Made by a program: the position numbers and the translations under genes. 64,000 nucleotides of DNA from Planctomycetota bacterium (lineage in GTDB: Bacteria > Planctomycetota > UBA8108 > SXIK01): positions 5,344,001-5,408,000 of the forward strand of contig OZ244999.1 of assembly GCA_965223265.1 (NCBI GenBank), read 5' to 3'. Shown one piece after another: positions 31,149-41,219 of this stretch. The first letter of the stretch is position 1, and each line of letters opens with the position of its first letter. The notes beneath the pieces were generated by a model. It saw nothing but the letters and a program-made list of their open reading frames with translations. It was not told the DNA's origin and did not search any database.

Positions 31149-33272
31149 TTGATCGCGCTGCGCATCTCTCCTAATCTTTGGGGCATGAACCCATACCTCA
31201 TCGATTTGCTTCCGGAGCGGGCCGCGGCGGCGCGACCTGCCTCCCGTTGTTGGATGCCCTGGGCCATACTCGTGTGTCTCACTGCGGCGACGCCGGATTC
31301 TTCGGCCGCGGACGCGCTGAACGACGTTGCTGCCATCCCGCGCCGTCTGCCGCCTGCGGGTGTCTCGCTGTCGCCCGCCACGCTCGCCGCGCTCGAAACC
31401 GAGGCGACAGCGATGGCGACCCGTCTGGAGATGCTGCGCACGGCGTTTGAGCAAGATGCCACGAAAACGCATCTACAGGGCGCCATTGCGGACGTGGAGA
31501 TTTACACCAAAGCGGTCCGCTACGCCGCTGCGCATGGCGAGTTCTGGGACGAAGGCGAGCTCAAGATAGCACGCCAGCACGTCGAGCGAGCCGCCGCACG
31601 CCTGGCCAGTCTTGAGCAGGGCGAGACGCCGTGGACCACGCAGCGCGGGCTCGTCTTCCGAGGTTTCCGATCGCACCTCGATGGCTCCGTGCAGCCCTAC
31701 GGCGTCGTTATTCCCGAGCAGCTCGACCTCGCGGCGAAAACACCGTTATACGTCTACCTTCACGGCCGACGCGAAAAGATGGTCGAACTTCAGTTTCTTG
31801 ATCAGCGTCATGAGGTCGGACGCATTCACGCCGACGACGCCATCGTCTTGCACCCGTTCGGCCGTTACTGCAACGCGTACAAATCCGCTGGTGAAATCGA
31901 TGTCCTCGAAGCGATTGCTCATGCCACAGAGGCCTATGGAATCGATCCGGACCGTATCGCACTCACCGGCTTCTCGATGGGAGGGGCCGGAGTTTGGCAC
32001 TTGGCGGCGCACTACCCGAGCCTCTGGAGCGCCGCGAGCCCGGGAGCAGGATTCGCCGAAACGGCGCTCTACAACCGACTGACGCCAGACGATCTGCCGC
32101 CAACATACGAGCAACGACTATGGCATCTCTACGATGCTCCGAGCTACGTCCGCAACTTGTTCAACTTTGACGTCATTGCCTATAGCGGCGAGCACGACAA
32201 GCAGATCCAAGCGGCGCGCACGATGCAGCGCGCCTACGAGCTGCACGGCAAGGAGCTCACCCATATCGTCGGCCCGGGCATGGGCCACAAGTACCATCCC
32301 GAGTCTCTGCAGGAGATTCTTCGCCGGCTACACGAGCGCCAACAAACAGGCCGAAATCAAGACGCCGAGCGCGTTTCCTTGCAAACACGAACGCTCCGCT
32401 ACAATCGTTGCCACTGGTTGACTATTCTCGGTCTCGAACGACACTGGGAAGAGAGTCGCGTCGACGCACGTCAAATCGCCGAGTCCGTTGTGTTGACGAC
32501 ACAAGGTGTCACCTCGCTGCGGATCACAGCCGCACCTGCGCATTCGAACTTGAGACTCAAGCACTTCACGATCGATGGCCAGACGGTTCCAGCACCGGCC
32601 ACCGCACAGACAAACGCGGCGCGTCTTGACAAACGTCGTGGTCGCTGGATCTGGGTGAACGACAGAGCACCGTCGAGCGGCAAAGTCCCCGGTCTACAAG
32701 GTCCCATCGACGACGCTTTCATGGCGCCGTTCCTCGTCGTCGAACCCGACGGTCGCTGTCGCCAACCAGCGGTCGATCGCTGGGTGGCGTTCGAGCTCGA
32801 ACACTTCAAGGAGCGCTGGCGACGTCTCTTTCGCGCCCACGTGCGTTCGAAAACTCCGCAAGCAGTCAACGCCGAAGACGTGGAGCGTTTCCACCTCATC
32901 CTTTGGGGCGACGCAACGGCAAACAGCCTCATTGCGCGTGTGCTCCCCGGTCTACCTCTTGAGTGGAACGAGCATGGGCTTCGTCTTCGCGACGTTGACG
33001 AGGCCGCCGCCGGCTCCACGGACGAACCTACGTTCCCAGCTGCCCATCACGTGCCTCTCCTGATCTATCCGAATCCCCTGAACCCGAAACGTTATGTCGT
33101 CCTCAACAGCGGCATCACATTTCGCGAAGGTCACGATCGCACCAACTCACTGCAGAACCCAAAGCTGCCGGACTGGGCGATCGTCGATGTGCGTCGGGAC
33201 CCGGACGCGCTCGCCCCCGGACGCATTGCCGCGGCCGACTTTTTCGACGAGGGTTGGCGCCTACGCCCGTAG
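31149..33272 (+). CDS. Alpha/beta hydrolase (prolyl oligopeptidase/esterase-like), probably exported
   Basis: LDGSVQPY, YLHGR, nucleophile elbow GFSMGG, GMGH; start uncertain (ATG 31185 or 31254). Confidence 0.85.
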   Translation: MIALRISPNLWGMNPYLIDLLPERAAAARPASRCWMPWAILVCLTAATPDSSAADALNDVAAIPRRLPPAGVSLSPATLAALETEATAMATRLEMLRTAFEQDATKTHLQGAIADVEIYTKAVRYAAAHGEFWDEGELKIARQHVERAAARLASLEQGETPWTTQRGLVFRGFRSHLDGSVQPYGVVIPEQLDLAAKTPLYVYLHGRREKMVELQFLDQRHEVGRIHADDAIVLHPFGRYCNAYKSAGEIDVLEAIAHATEAYGIDPDRIALTGFSMGGAGVWHLAAHYPSLWSAASPGAGFAETALYNRLTPDDLPPTYEQRLWHLYDAPSYVRNLFNFDVIAYSGEHDKQIQAARTMQRAYELHGKELTHIVGPGMGHKYHPESLQEILRRLHERQQTGRNQDAERVSLQTRTLRYNRCHWLTILGLERHWEESRVDARQIAESVVLTTQGVTSLRITAAPAHSNLRLKHFTIDGQTVPAPATAQTNAARLDKRRGRWIWVNDRAPSSGKVPGLQGPIDDAFMAPFLVVEPDGRCRQPAVDRWVAFELEHFKERWRRLFRAHVRSKTPQAVNAEDVERFHLILWGDATANSLIARVLPGLPLEWNEHGLRLRDVDEAAAGSTDEPTFPAAHHVPLLIYPNPLNPKRYVVLNSGITFREGHDRTNSLQNPKLPDWAIVDVRRDPDALAPGRIAAADFFDEGWRLRP

Positions 33273-33589
33273 CACGCACGCGGTCGGCGGAGGTGGGGCG
33301 AAGAGACGCTGCGTGCGGCGGAGAGGCGCGAGTGCGTGGGCATGGATCCTCGGGCGCCTGCTGCGTCTCTGCCTGATCTTCGTCTGCTTCGTTCGCTTCT
33401 GTTCAAAATTTAAGAGATCAGAAGAATTGTTGAACGAAAGGAAACCGAGTCAACGAAGGAAGACCGTCCAAGGGAGCAGGCAACGCCGTGGGTCGTCCAG
33501 TCAGGCACACTCCGACGCCATTGTTGCAAAAGAAAAGTGCTTCAAGGCCATCCCCGATTGCGTGGGCGTGCGCGCGCCAGCACTCTGCT

Positions 33590-33697
33590 TCTGACTCCGT
33601 GTCTGACTCTGTATCCGTATCTCCTTCTGACCCCGTGTCTGACTCTGTATCCGTATCTGTATCTGACTCCGTGTCTGACTCTGTATCTGTATTAGTC
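33590..33697. repeat. 3 x 36-bp imperfect tandem repeat built from hexamers
   Basis: TCTGACTCCGTGTCTGACTCTGTATCCGTATCTnnn three times between convergent genes. Confidence 0.85.
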
Positions 33698-33813
33698 TGT
33701 ATCCGACTCCACCCGCTGCCCACGGCCGCCGCCGTCGCCTCCGTTTTTCGCGAGTCTCGGGTTGAGTCGACCTTCGTTGGCAAAAAAAAGCACGAGACGT
33801 GCGGAAGCAAAAG

Positions 33814-35331
33814 CTAGGACGCCTGCATGACGCGCACTTTGAATCCGAGCGCCGTGCTCACGGCAGCCATCTCCTCGAAGATATCCCCGTAGGCGACGAC
33901 GATGTGGTTCGACATGTAGTGCGCCATCACCGTCTCCTGCGAGCAATGCAGATCGGCGGCCATGAACGGCCACTCACGCGTCGTGCCTTTCCACCACGCG
34001 TCACGCTTCTTTGGCGGCAACTTGACGACATCACCCCGACCGATATCCATCCATAGGTCTCCGCCATTGAGATAAGCGCGCGCCCAGGTCATCTTGCCTG
34101 GACGACTTTCGCCGGCGAAGGTCCCGCCCGGCTGTGGAAAGTAGCCGGCAGGCTGGCGATACGAATGCACGCCTTTGAGCGTCTTCGCGTCGTGGTTGAA
34201 TGCGTACGCACCGCAAGACCCGGAGTTGAGAAGCACCCAGACGAATTTGCCGTTGTGCGTGCCGCCCCAGCGCACGTCGTGGAACATCGTCGCCGGATGT
34301 AGTCGTTTCTTCTTGAGGATGCGTTTCATGAGTTCCATGGGGACGAGGTTCCCCTGGTCGGCCTCAGTCGCACACATCACGGGTTCACCCGTTGACTCAG
34401 GACGGCATGCGGAGTTGAACAGACCTTCGCAGAAGTCGCTTGGCGGCAGGAGCGGAATGAGCCCGAGCTGGTACTGCCAGCCGAGACAGTCCGCCTTGAA
34501 CTCTTTCATTAAGTCGACGACGGCGAGATACATCCGCAGCTGCTCGCGGGTCGCGTCCTCGTCGAAGTCTTCAGCGCCTTTCTCCCGCCAGTGGAACTTG
34601 ACGCCTTTCGAGACGACATACTGAAATGCTTTCTCAACGCGCGCATTGCTGATCCGCTTCATACGGTCGATGATCCATGCTTGGTCCACCTTGTGTTCGG
34701 TGAACCCGATCTGGTTCAGCAGACGACTACCAAAGTAGCCGTTGATCATGCCCATGGATGTATCGCCAAGCATGAGGGCGAGGACGCGTCGTTTGCGAAT
34801 GTCATCAACGACCGCATCGGCAATCTTCTTCGCCCGTGGACTGACCGTCGCGGTGAAGCTCAGTTCGTCCTCGCGGTAACGGATTTTGCCGGTCGAACAC
34901 CACTCGTCGAGGCGAGCCATCGCCTTTTTATCCTTCGTCCAATCCTTCGCCGCGGTCCAGAGGCGTGAGAATTCGCGCCCAACGCTCGCCAGACACGCGC
35001 CCGTGTTGAGTAGAGCAACCAACCCTGGCCAAGTTCCGGAGAAGTTGCTTGCCAGGAGCAATGGGTTGTCCTTGCCAACAACTCCGTCGGTGGTATGTGG
35101 CCCGTACGTCCAATGCACGAAGACGCCGATCATCGGGTCGTCGATACGACTTAGTTTCGTGATTGCCTGGTCGGGCTTGGTGATGAAACCCGGAATCAGT
35201 CGCGGCTTCCGCCCCACCTTTTTCAAAGCGCGAGTGAGATTGCTCACGGTGTCGTTCACTTGCGGTAGCGCCCACTTGTTCGGCAGCGCTCGATAATCGC
35301 CCGGCAGGAAAATCGCGACAGTCTTGGACAA
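33814..35331 (-). CDS. L-fucose/L-arabinose isomerase-like protein
   Basis: Long clean ORF; ATEADQG metal-ligand motif, LNSGS, YMSNHIVVAYGD C-terminus as in the FucI/AraA superfamily; divergent from a sugar kinase. Confidence 0.75.
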   Translation of the reverse strand: MSKTVAIFLPGDYRALPNKWALPQVNDTVSNLTRALKKVGRKPRLIPGFITKPDQAITKLSRIDDPMIGVFVHWTYGPHTTDGVVGKDNPLLLASNFSGTWPGLVALLNTGACLASVGREFSRLWTAAKDWTKDKKAMARLDEWCSTGKIRYREDELSFTATVSPRAKKIADAVVDDIRKRRVLALMLGDTSMGMINGYFGSRLLNQIGFTEHKVDQAWIIDRMKRISNARVEKAFQYVVSKGVKFHWREKGAEDFDEDATREQLRMYLAVVDLMKEFKADCLGWQYQLGLIPLLPPSDFCEGLFNSACRPESTGEPVMCATEADQGNLVPMELMKRILKKKRLHPATMFHDVRWGGTHNGKFVWVLLNSGSCGAYAFNHDAKTLKGVHSYRQPAGYFPQPGGTFAGESRPGKMTWARAYLNGGDLWMDIGRGDVVKLPPKKRDAWWKGTTREWPFMAADLHCSQETVMAHYMSNHIVVAYGDIFEEMAAVSTALGFKVRVMQAS

Positions 35332-35348
35332 GGTTCTTCTCCGTTGAG

Positions 35349-35533
35349 CAGTCTGTTGAAAAAGTGCTTCGAGTCGAAAACCGGGTTAATCCGCGCCCAG
35401 GATCGGCGGTGGCAAACGCAGGTAGTCTCCGAGCCTCTTCTGTAAGACTAAGACGTGTTTGGCGAGTATTGACGCAGTCGAGCTGGGCGTGAAGGGCCCG
35501 GTTCGTCGGCCGAATGACTTTGTCAGCGGGCTG
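35349..35533 (-). mobile_element. MITE copy 3 (inverted, diverged)
   Basis: CAGTCTGTTGAAAAAGTGCTTCGAGTCGAAAAC...CGGCCGAATGACTTTGTCAGCGGGCTG is the reverse complement of the other copies. Confidence 0.8.
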
Positions 35534-35749
35534 TGAGTCGTTGCGATCGGAAGCGTCACGGTGAGGACGACCGACTGCATGCCTCAGCGAAGTTGAACGG
35601 CCCAGCTCGCTTGCAAACGCAGTTGGAGGATGCGAACGTATTACCCTAACTCTTCACTGCTTTCAAGTCGGCAGGCTGCGTCGCTCAGGATCTCGGCACG
35701 AACGGAGTCGCCGGCGTGCAGGTCCCTGGAGAAAATCCTCGCGTTATCG

Positions 35750-37258
35750 ATGTCAAGGTCTCGAGCTCATTCCTATCTCGCCATCGATCTCGGAGCAGCG
35801 AGCGGTCGCGTCATGCTCGGTCGACTGCAGGAAGGCCGGATCGAACTCCACGAGCTCCATCGATTTGCGAATCAACCGGTTCGCGTCCACTCCACCCTCT
35901 ACTGGGACGTGCTACGCCTGTTCCTCGAGATCAAGGAAGGGCTGCGGCGAGGGGCCGAACGCTGTGGTGGCAACGTCGACGGCGTCGCGGTTGATAGTTG
36001 GGGAGTCGACTATGCGGTCCTAGATAAGGCAGGGAATCTGCTCGGCAACCCCGTGCACTACCGCGATGCGCGAACCGAAGGCATGATGGCTCGCGTCTTC
36101 GAACGTCTCCCGAAGGACGATATCTTTGGGGAAACGGGCCTACAGTTTCTTGAGCTCAACACGATCTATCAGCTGGCAGCGCACCGCGATCAGTGGCCGG
36201 AAAGCTGGAGCTCCGCCGCATGCATTCTTCTGGTGGCGGATTTGATCAGTTACTTTCTTTGCGGCGCCAAATTCGCTGAGCGAACACTCGCTTCAACAAC
36301 CCAGCTGTGGAATCCGGTCTCGCGCGACTGGTCCACACGCCTCGCCAGCGCGCTCGAGATCCAGTCGTCCCTGCTACCCCCGCTGGTCGATCCGGGGACC
36401 GTCGTCGGAACGCTGCGTGCTGACCTTGCGCGCGACGCCGGCTTTCGAACACCCCCACCGGTGATCGCCTCGTGCTCGCACGACACCGCCGCCGCGGTCG
36501 CCGCAGTGCCGGCCGACGAAGGCGACAACTGGGCTTTCATCTCCAGCGGCACGTGGTGCATGCTCGGAGTCGAGCTCGGAAGTCCGCGGATGCGCCCCGA
36601 AGTGCTAGCCGCCAATTTCACGAACGAAGCAGGCATCGACGGCACGACGCGATTTCTCCGCAATCTGAACGGACTCTGGCTTGTGCAAGAATGCCAACGC
36701 TCCTGGTGCGACGAAGACGGCCACGAGACCTCGCACGCTGAGTTGACGCGATGGGCGAGTGAAGTCTGTGAAAACCGGTCATTCATTTCTCCGAACCACG
36801 GTATGTTCTTCGCGCCAAAGAACATGCCGGAAGCGATTCGCGACTTCTGCCGCCGCAGCGCGCAAGAGGTACCCGACTCGCGCGGCCATGTTCTGCGCTG
36901 CGCTCTCGAGTCGCTGGCGCTGTCGTTTCGCGGCGTGATGGCGCGGGCCGAGGAACTGAGTGGGCGCAGCGTCGAACGAGTTCACATCGTCGGCGGCGGC
37001 AGTCAGAACGTCGTATTGAACCAGCTCATCGCCAACGCGCTGGGACGCCCGCTGATCGCAGGCCCGGCAGAGGCGACAGCAACCGGAAACGTGCTGGTGC
37101 AGGCGAAAGCTACCGGATCCATCCGATCACTCTCCGAGCTCCGCACCATCGTGCGTACGTCAGCGGACCCCGTCGAATACCTTCCGAAGGAGAATGCTGC
37201 CTGGGCAGAAAAGGCCAAGCGCTACGGCGAGCTCGTGGATCTCCCGATCACCGGGTGA
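35750..37258 (+). CDS. rhaB: Rhamnulokinase (FGGY family)
   Basis: LAIDLGAASGRV, VDSWGVDY, YRDART, SHDTA.AV, ISSGTW, FTNE.G, GLWLVQEC, VGGGSQN, EATATGN. Confidence 0.92.
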   Translation: MSRSRAHSYLAIDLGAASGRVMLGRLQEGRIELHELHRFANQPVRVHSTLYWDVLRLFLEIKEGLRRGAERCGGNVDGVAVDSWGVDYAVLDKAGNLLGNPVHYRDARTEGMMARVFERLPKDDIFGETGLQFLELNTIYQLAAHRDQWPESWSSAACILLVADLISYFLCGAKFAERTLASTTQLWNPVSRDWSTRLASALEIQSSLLPPLVDPGTVVGTLRADLARDAGFRTPPPVIASCSHDTAAAVAAVPADEGDNWAFISSGTWCMLGVELGSPRMRPEVLAANFTNEAGIDGTTRFLRNLNGLWLVQECQRSWCDEDGHETSHAELTRWASEVCENRSFISPNHGMFFAPKNMPEAIRDFCRRSAQEVPDSRGHVLRCALESLALSFRGVMARAEELSGRSVERVHIVGGGSQNVVLNQLIANALGRPLIAGPAEATATGNVLVQAKATGSIRSLSELRTIVRTSADPVEYLPKENAAWAEKAKRYGELVDLPITG

Positions 37259-37271
37259 CGCAGCCTGACGA

Positions 37272-39875
37272 TCACGCCGGGGCAGTGTGGTCTGCGGGCA
37301 CCGGATCGTGTGCCGGACGATTCTCAGCGCGCCACCACGTCAGGAGTCCGGTCTCGAACTTGTTGCCGACGTCGCGACGCATCGGCAGGGCGCGCACGGC
37401 GAATCCGTGCTGCCCGGCTTCACGACACGGCACGTCGCCAACGTACACCGCAGCGTCACCGTCGAAGCCCCTAAACTCCAGGGCGATCGTCTCGATTTCG
37501 TTGAGTTCGGCGCTAGAGTCAAGTGGACCAAAAATCACTTCCACGGCAACTTCTTCCTGCGACAAGCTGCCGAGAGCGAGCTTCGCTTCGAGGGTCAAGT
37601 CCGCGCCTACTTCGAGCTCCTGCGACGAGTCGGCGTCGACCGCGAGAATCCGCACTTCATCCCAGTGATCGCGCACACGCCGCTTCCATTCCGCGATGGA
37701 GCGAGCGACGGTGTATTCGTTGTCGGCAAGGGATGCTGCTTGCAGCATCGCCGGCACGTACATCCGTTTTGTGTACTCCTGGACCATACGGTTCGTGTTG
37801 AACTGCGGCCCACAGCTGCGGATCGACTCCTTCATGCGAGCCGTCCACTCGCGCGGCACATCGTCAGGGCCGCGTTCGTAAAAGAGTGGCACAACCTCAG
37901 TTTCCAGCAGGTCGTAGAGCATTTCCGACTCGACCCAGTCCTGGTAGTCGCGATCCGCGAACTCCTCGCCGGATCCAATCGCCCAACCGTTGTTGCCGTT
38001 GTATCCCTCGCACCACCAACCATCGAGCACGCTGAGGTTGAGGCTACCATTCATCGCGGCTTTCATGCCGCTCGTGCCGCTGGCCTCGAGAGGTCGCCTC
38101 GGCGTGTTGAGCCAAACATCAACGCCCTGCACGAGATATCGCGCCACTTCGATGTCGTAGTCCTCAATGAACACGATGCGATTCTGAAATTCCTTCGTCT
38201 TTGCAAGATGGACGATCTGTCGAATGAGTTCCTTACCCGGCTGGTCCTGAGGATGCGCCTTGCCGGCAAAGATCAACTGCACAGGACGGTCTCGATCATG
38301 CAGGATACGCCCCAGTCGCTCGGTATCGCGGAAGATGAGATTGGCGCGCTTGTAGGTGGCAAATCGGCGCGCGAAACCAATCGTGAGTGCATCCGGATCG
38401 AGCGCCTCTTCGGCGAGGCTCAGCTTGGTGTGCGACGCGCCCTGGCGGCGCAGCTGTTTCCTGACACGATCGCGGGCAAAGTTCACCAGCCGCGACCGAA
38501 GAAGCTCTTTCGCCCGCCAGACCTCGTGCTCCGAGATATCGGAGACACGCAGCCAGACGCGCTGATTGACGGCGTCGTCGAGCCAACGCGGTCCGAGATA
38601 GCGCTCGAATAGTCGGCCGAACTCGTCGGAGAGCCAAGAGTGAGTGTGGACACCGTTCGTCACGTGCGAGATCGGAATCTCTTGCTCAGGAACCCGCGGC
38701 CAGATGTCCTGCCACATTCGTCGACTGATCTTGCCATGCAGAGCGCTAACGCCGTTGGCCTTAGAGGCGAGGCGCAGGGCGAGAATCGTCATACAAAAGT
38801 GCTCGTTGGCGTCCGCTGGATCTTGCCTACCTAGTGCGATGAAGTCATCCATCCGCAGCTGCAGTAGCTCGACGTATTCACCAAAGTACTTGTGAATCAA
38901 CTCGGCAGGAAAACGATCGTTGCCAGCCGGTACTGGCGTGTGGGTTGTGAACACTGTTCCAGCGGCAACGGCTTCTCGAGCCTCGTCGAAGCTTAAACTG
39001 TGCTCCTCCATGAGCACCCGCACACGCTCGAGAGCAAGAAACGCGGAGTGCCCCTCGTTCATGTGGCATACCGTGGGGTGGACACCGAGGAGAGCAAGTG
39101 CACGCAAGCCCCCGATGCCGAGGAGAATCTCCTGTCGTACACGCATGTCGAGGTCGCCGCCGTAGAGCCGGCGGGTAATCTCTCGATCCCGCGGGTCATT
39201 CGCCGGTACGTTCGAATCGAGGAGATAGACAGGCACCCTCCCAACCTGCACCTTCCAGATGCGCGCACGCACGAGCCGTTCGCCAATCTTCACTTCCACC
39301 TGCAGCTCACGCTTGTGGTCGTCGCGCACAAGAGTCATCGGCAGGTTGAAAAAGTCGTTGTCCGGATAGTGTTCCAGCTGCCAGCCGTCGGAGCTAAGGT
39401 GCTGATGGTTGTAGCCCTGAAAATAGCAGAGGCCGATTCCCACGAGCGGCAGCCCGAGCTCAGCGCAGCTCTTGATGTGATCCCCGGCGAGGACCCCGAG
39501 GCCTCCAGAGTAAACCGGCAGGCTTTCATGCAGGCCGAACTCAGCCGAGAAATACGCGATCGAAGCCGATTCGGCTGCGGCGTAGGTTTTGCGGAACCAC
39601 GTCGTCGCCTCCAAGTGCTGCTTGAGGTCAGAGTGAACCGACTCCATGTGAGCGATAAATGCTTCATCCTCGCAGAGGAGCTGCAAACGGTCCTCGCGCA
39701 GCGCCCCCAACAAGGCGATCGGGTTGTGGCCGCATTCCTCCCACAGATCGAGGTCGATCCGTCGAAAGAGGGACACCGCGTTACGATTCCACATCCACCA
39801 CAAGTTTCGCGCGATCGTCAGAAGCGGGCGCAGGCGTTCGGGAACACGGGGCACAACGGTGAATTTCTGAATCAC
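37272..39875 (-). CDS. glgP: Alpha-glucan (glycogen) phosphorylase
   Basis: AYFSAEFGL, YSGGLGVLAGDH, HMNEGH, FTTHTPVPAG, ARRFATYKR, PLP motif EASGTSGMK. Confidence 0.97.
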   Translation of the reverse strand: MIQKFTVVPRVPERLRPLLTIARNLWWMWNRNAVSLFRRIDLDLWEECGHNPIALLGALREDRLQLLCEDEAFIAHMESVHSDLKQHLEATTWFRKTYAAAESASIAYFSAEFGLHESLPVYSGGLGVLAGDHIKSCAELGLPLVGIGLCYFQGYNHQHLSSDGWQLEHYPDNDFFNLPMTLVRDDHKRELQVEVKIGERLVRARIWKVQVGRVPVYLLDSNVPANDPRDREITRRLYGGDLDMRVRQEILLGIGGLRALALLGVHPTVCHMNEGHSAFLALERVRVLMEEHSLSFDEAREAVAAGTVFTTHTPVPAGNDRFPAELIHKYFGEYVELLQLRMDDFIALGRQDPADANEHFCMTILALRLASKANGVSALHGKISRRMWQDIWPRVPEQEIPISHVTNGVHTHSWLSDEFGRLFERYLGPRWLDDAVNQRVWLRVSDISEHEVWRAKELLRSRLVNFARDRVRKQLRRQGASHTKLSLAEEALDPDALTIGFARRFATYKRANLIFRDTERLGRILHDRDRPVQLIFAGKAHPQDQPGKELIRQIVHLAKTKEFQNRIVFIEDYDIEVARYLVQGVDVWLNTPRRPLEASGTSGMKAAMNGSLNLSVLDGWWCEGYNGNNGWAIGSGEEFADRDYQDWVESEMLYDLLETEVVPLFYERGPDDVPREWTARMKESIRSCGPQFNTNRMVQEYTKRMYVPAMLQAASLADNEYTVARSIAEWKRRVRDHWDEVRILAVDADSSQELEVGADLTLEAKLALGSLSQEEVAVEVIFGPLDSSAELNEIETIALEFRGFDGDAAVYVGDVPCREAGQHGFAVRALPMRRDVGNKFETGLLTWWRAENRPAHDPVPADHTAPA

Positions 39876-40576
39876 GAGAGCAACTTCCTCTTCCTGTCCG
39901 GTTCAGTTCGGTCGATTCAATCTCGTTCAGAATGTGTTCATCGGCCCAGACCGGCACACAGCTAAACGCCTGCGCACGAGATCCTCAAACGTCTCTCCAC
40001 GCGCCGACGCAACACCCCGCAATTATCGGATCACAAATGCAGCGAAAAGTGGCACGGTACGAGGATTCCTCGGCCGCGGTCGCATCCCCGCGTTCGCGAG
40101 ATTTTCAGGTCGGTGCGGGTTTGACAGCCTGCTAACTGCCGAGCTTCTCCGTCGCTACTGGTCGCCCCCCGCGACCGAAGCCGATTCACGCTGGTCGTTT
40201 GGCCTCTCGGAAGAACCGCTGGGAGGGCCGATTCGAAGAGCTGCAAGTCGTTACGCGCCGACGCTCTTCTCCACACACGGTTGAGAGTATAATGGGATCA
40301 GCGCGTCGGCGAACGCCGGTGCGTCGAGGCGCGTATTGTACCCGGCGCCTCTCTCGAGATTCCACTGAAGAAGAGACTCTTGCCGCAGCGCGTGAACAGA
40401 ATGACGACTGAATCTCCTCTGTCCGGTTGCAGCGGGCGGCAGGGCTGACGAGCCAAAATGCGCCACGCGGTAGCGAATTTGCGATTCGGGACGACGTCTC
40501 TGCGGACGAAGAAGTCTTAGGAGGCGAGCTACTACGGCGAACTGAGCTCAGCCACTCTAATTTCCGGAAATCTCCT

Positions 40577-41032
40577 GTGCGCATCCTGATCATCGACGAC
40601 GACCAAAGCCATGGCGAGAGTCTCGCGGATCTGATTCAGGTCCTGGGGCACGAGCCGCAGTACGCTGCGAGCTTCGACGACACGCAGTGGCTCCTCGAGC
40701 TGTTTTCGTTCGATCTGGCTCTCATCGACTTCGACATGCCGACGACGACTGGCGTACAAGTAGCCAAGACACTGCGCCGAGACTTTCCTCAGATCCACAC
40801 GGTGATCATGTCAGCGCGCGCGCTCGATCGAGAGACGTCGAGCGAGCTCGTCGGCTTAACGTTCATGCAAAAGCCGCTGTCGCGGTCGGTCCTCAAAGAA
40901 CTGTTCTTGGACCTGGCTCGATCGCAGTCGGGCCTGAGCATCGTGCGGCGAGCGTCGTTCCCGCTCCTCAAGGTCACCGACGATAAACCGACCGACAGCG
41001 ACGACAAAGGCGACGCCGAAGCGACGACGTGA
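40577..41032 (+). CDS. Single-domain response regulator
   Basis: RILIIDDD, LIDFDMP..TG, MSA, KP; GTG start chosen. Confidence 0.85.
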   Translation: MRILIIDDDQSHGESLADLIQVLGHEPQYAASFDDTQWLLELFSFDLALIDFDMPTTTGVQVAKTLRRDFPQIHTVIMSARALDRETSSELVGLTFMQKPLSRSVLKELFLDLARSQSGLSIVRRASFPLLKVTDDKPTDSDDKGDAEATT

Positions 41033-41219
41033 GTGCGGCAAATCGGCGCAACTCTGCTACCGCAGCTTTTGGGTACACAGCGGCGGCGTAAGATGGGACA
41101 ACTGTTAGCGTACCGCCCTGCAATCGGAGCTCGCCACTGGGGCCCATCGTGAGTCGCACGCTCTGAGCCAAAAACCGGGGCTTCTTCGCGGCGGCTTCCG
41201 TTTCAGATTCGACTCGAGG

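Noticed and set aside
33418-33817. DTES/SDSV repeat proteins on either strand
   Set aside because: ORFs arise from the hexamer repeat; no signal, RBS or domain support
37287-39965. Long antisense ORFs (37287-38612, 39000-39965) and similar ones opposite rpoD, accC and lon
   Set aside because: Shadow ORFs expected opposite genes in GC-rich DNA; no motifs
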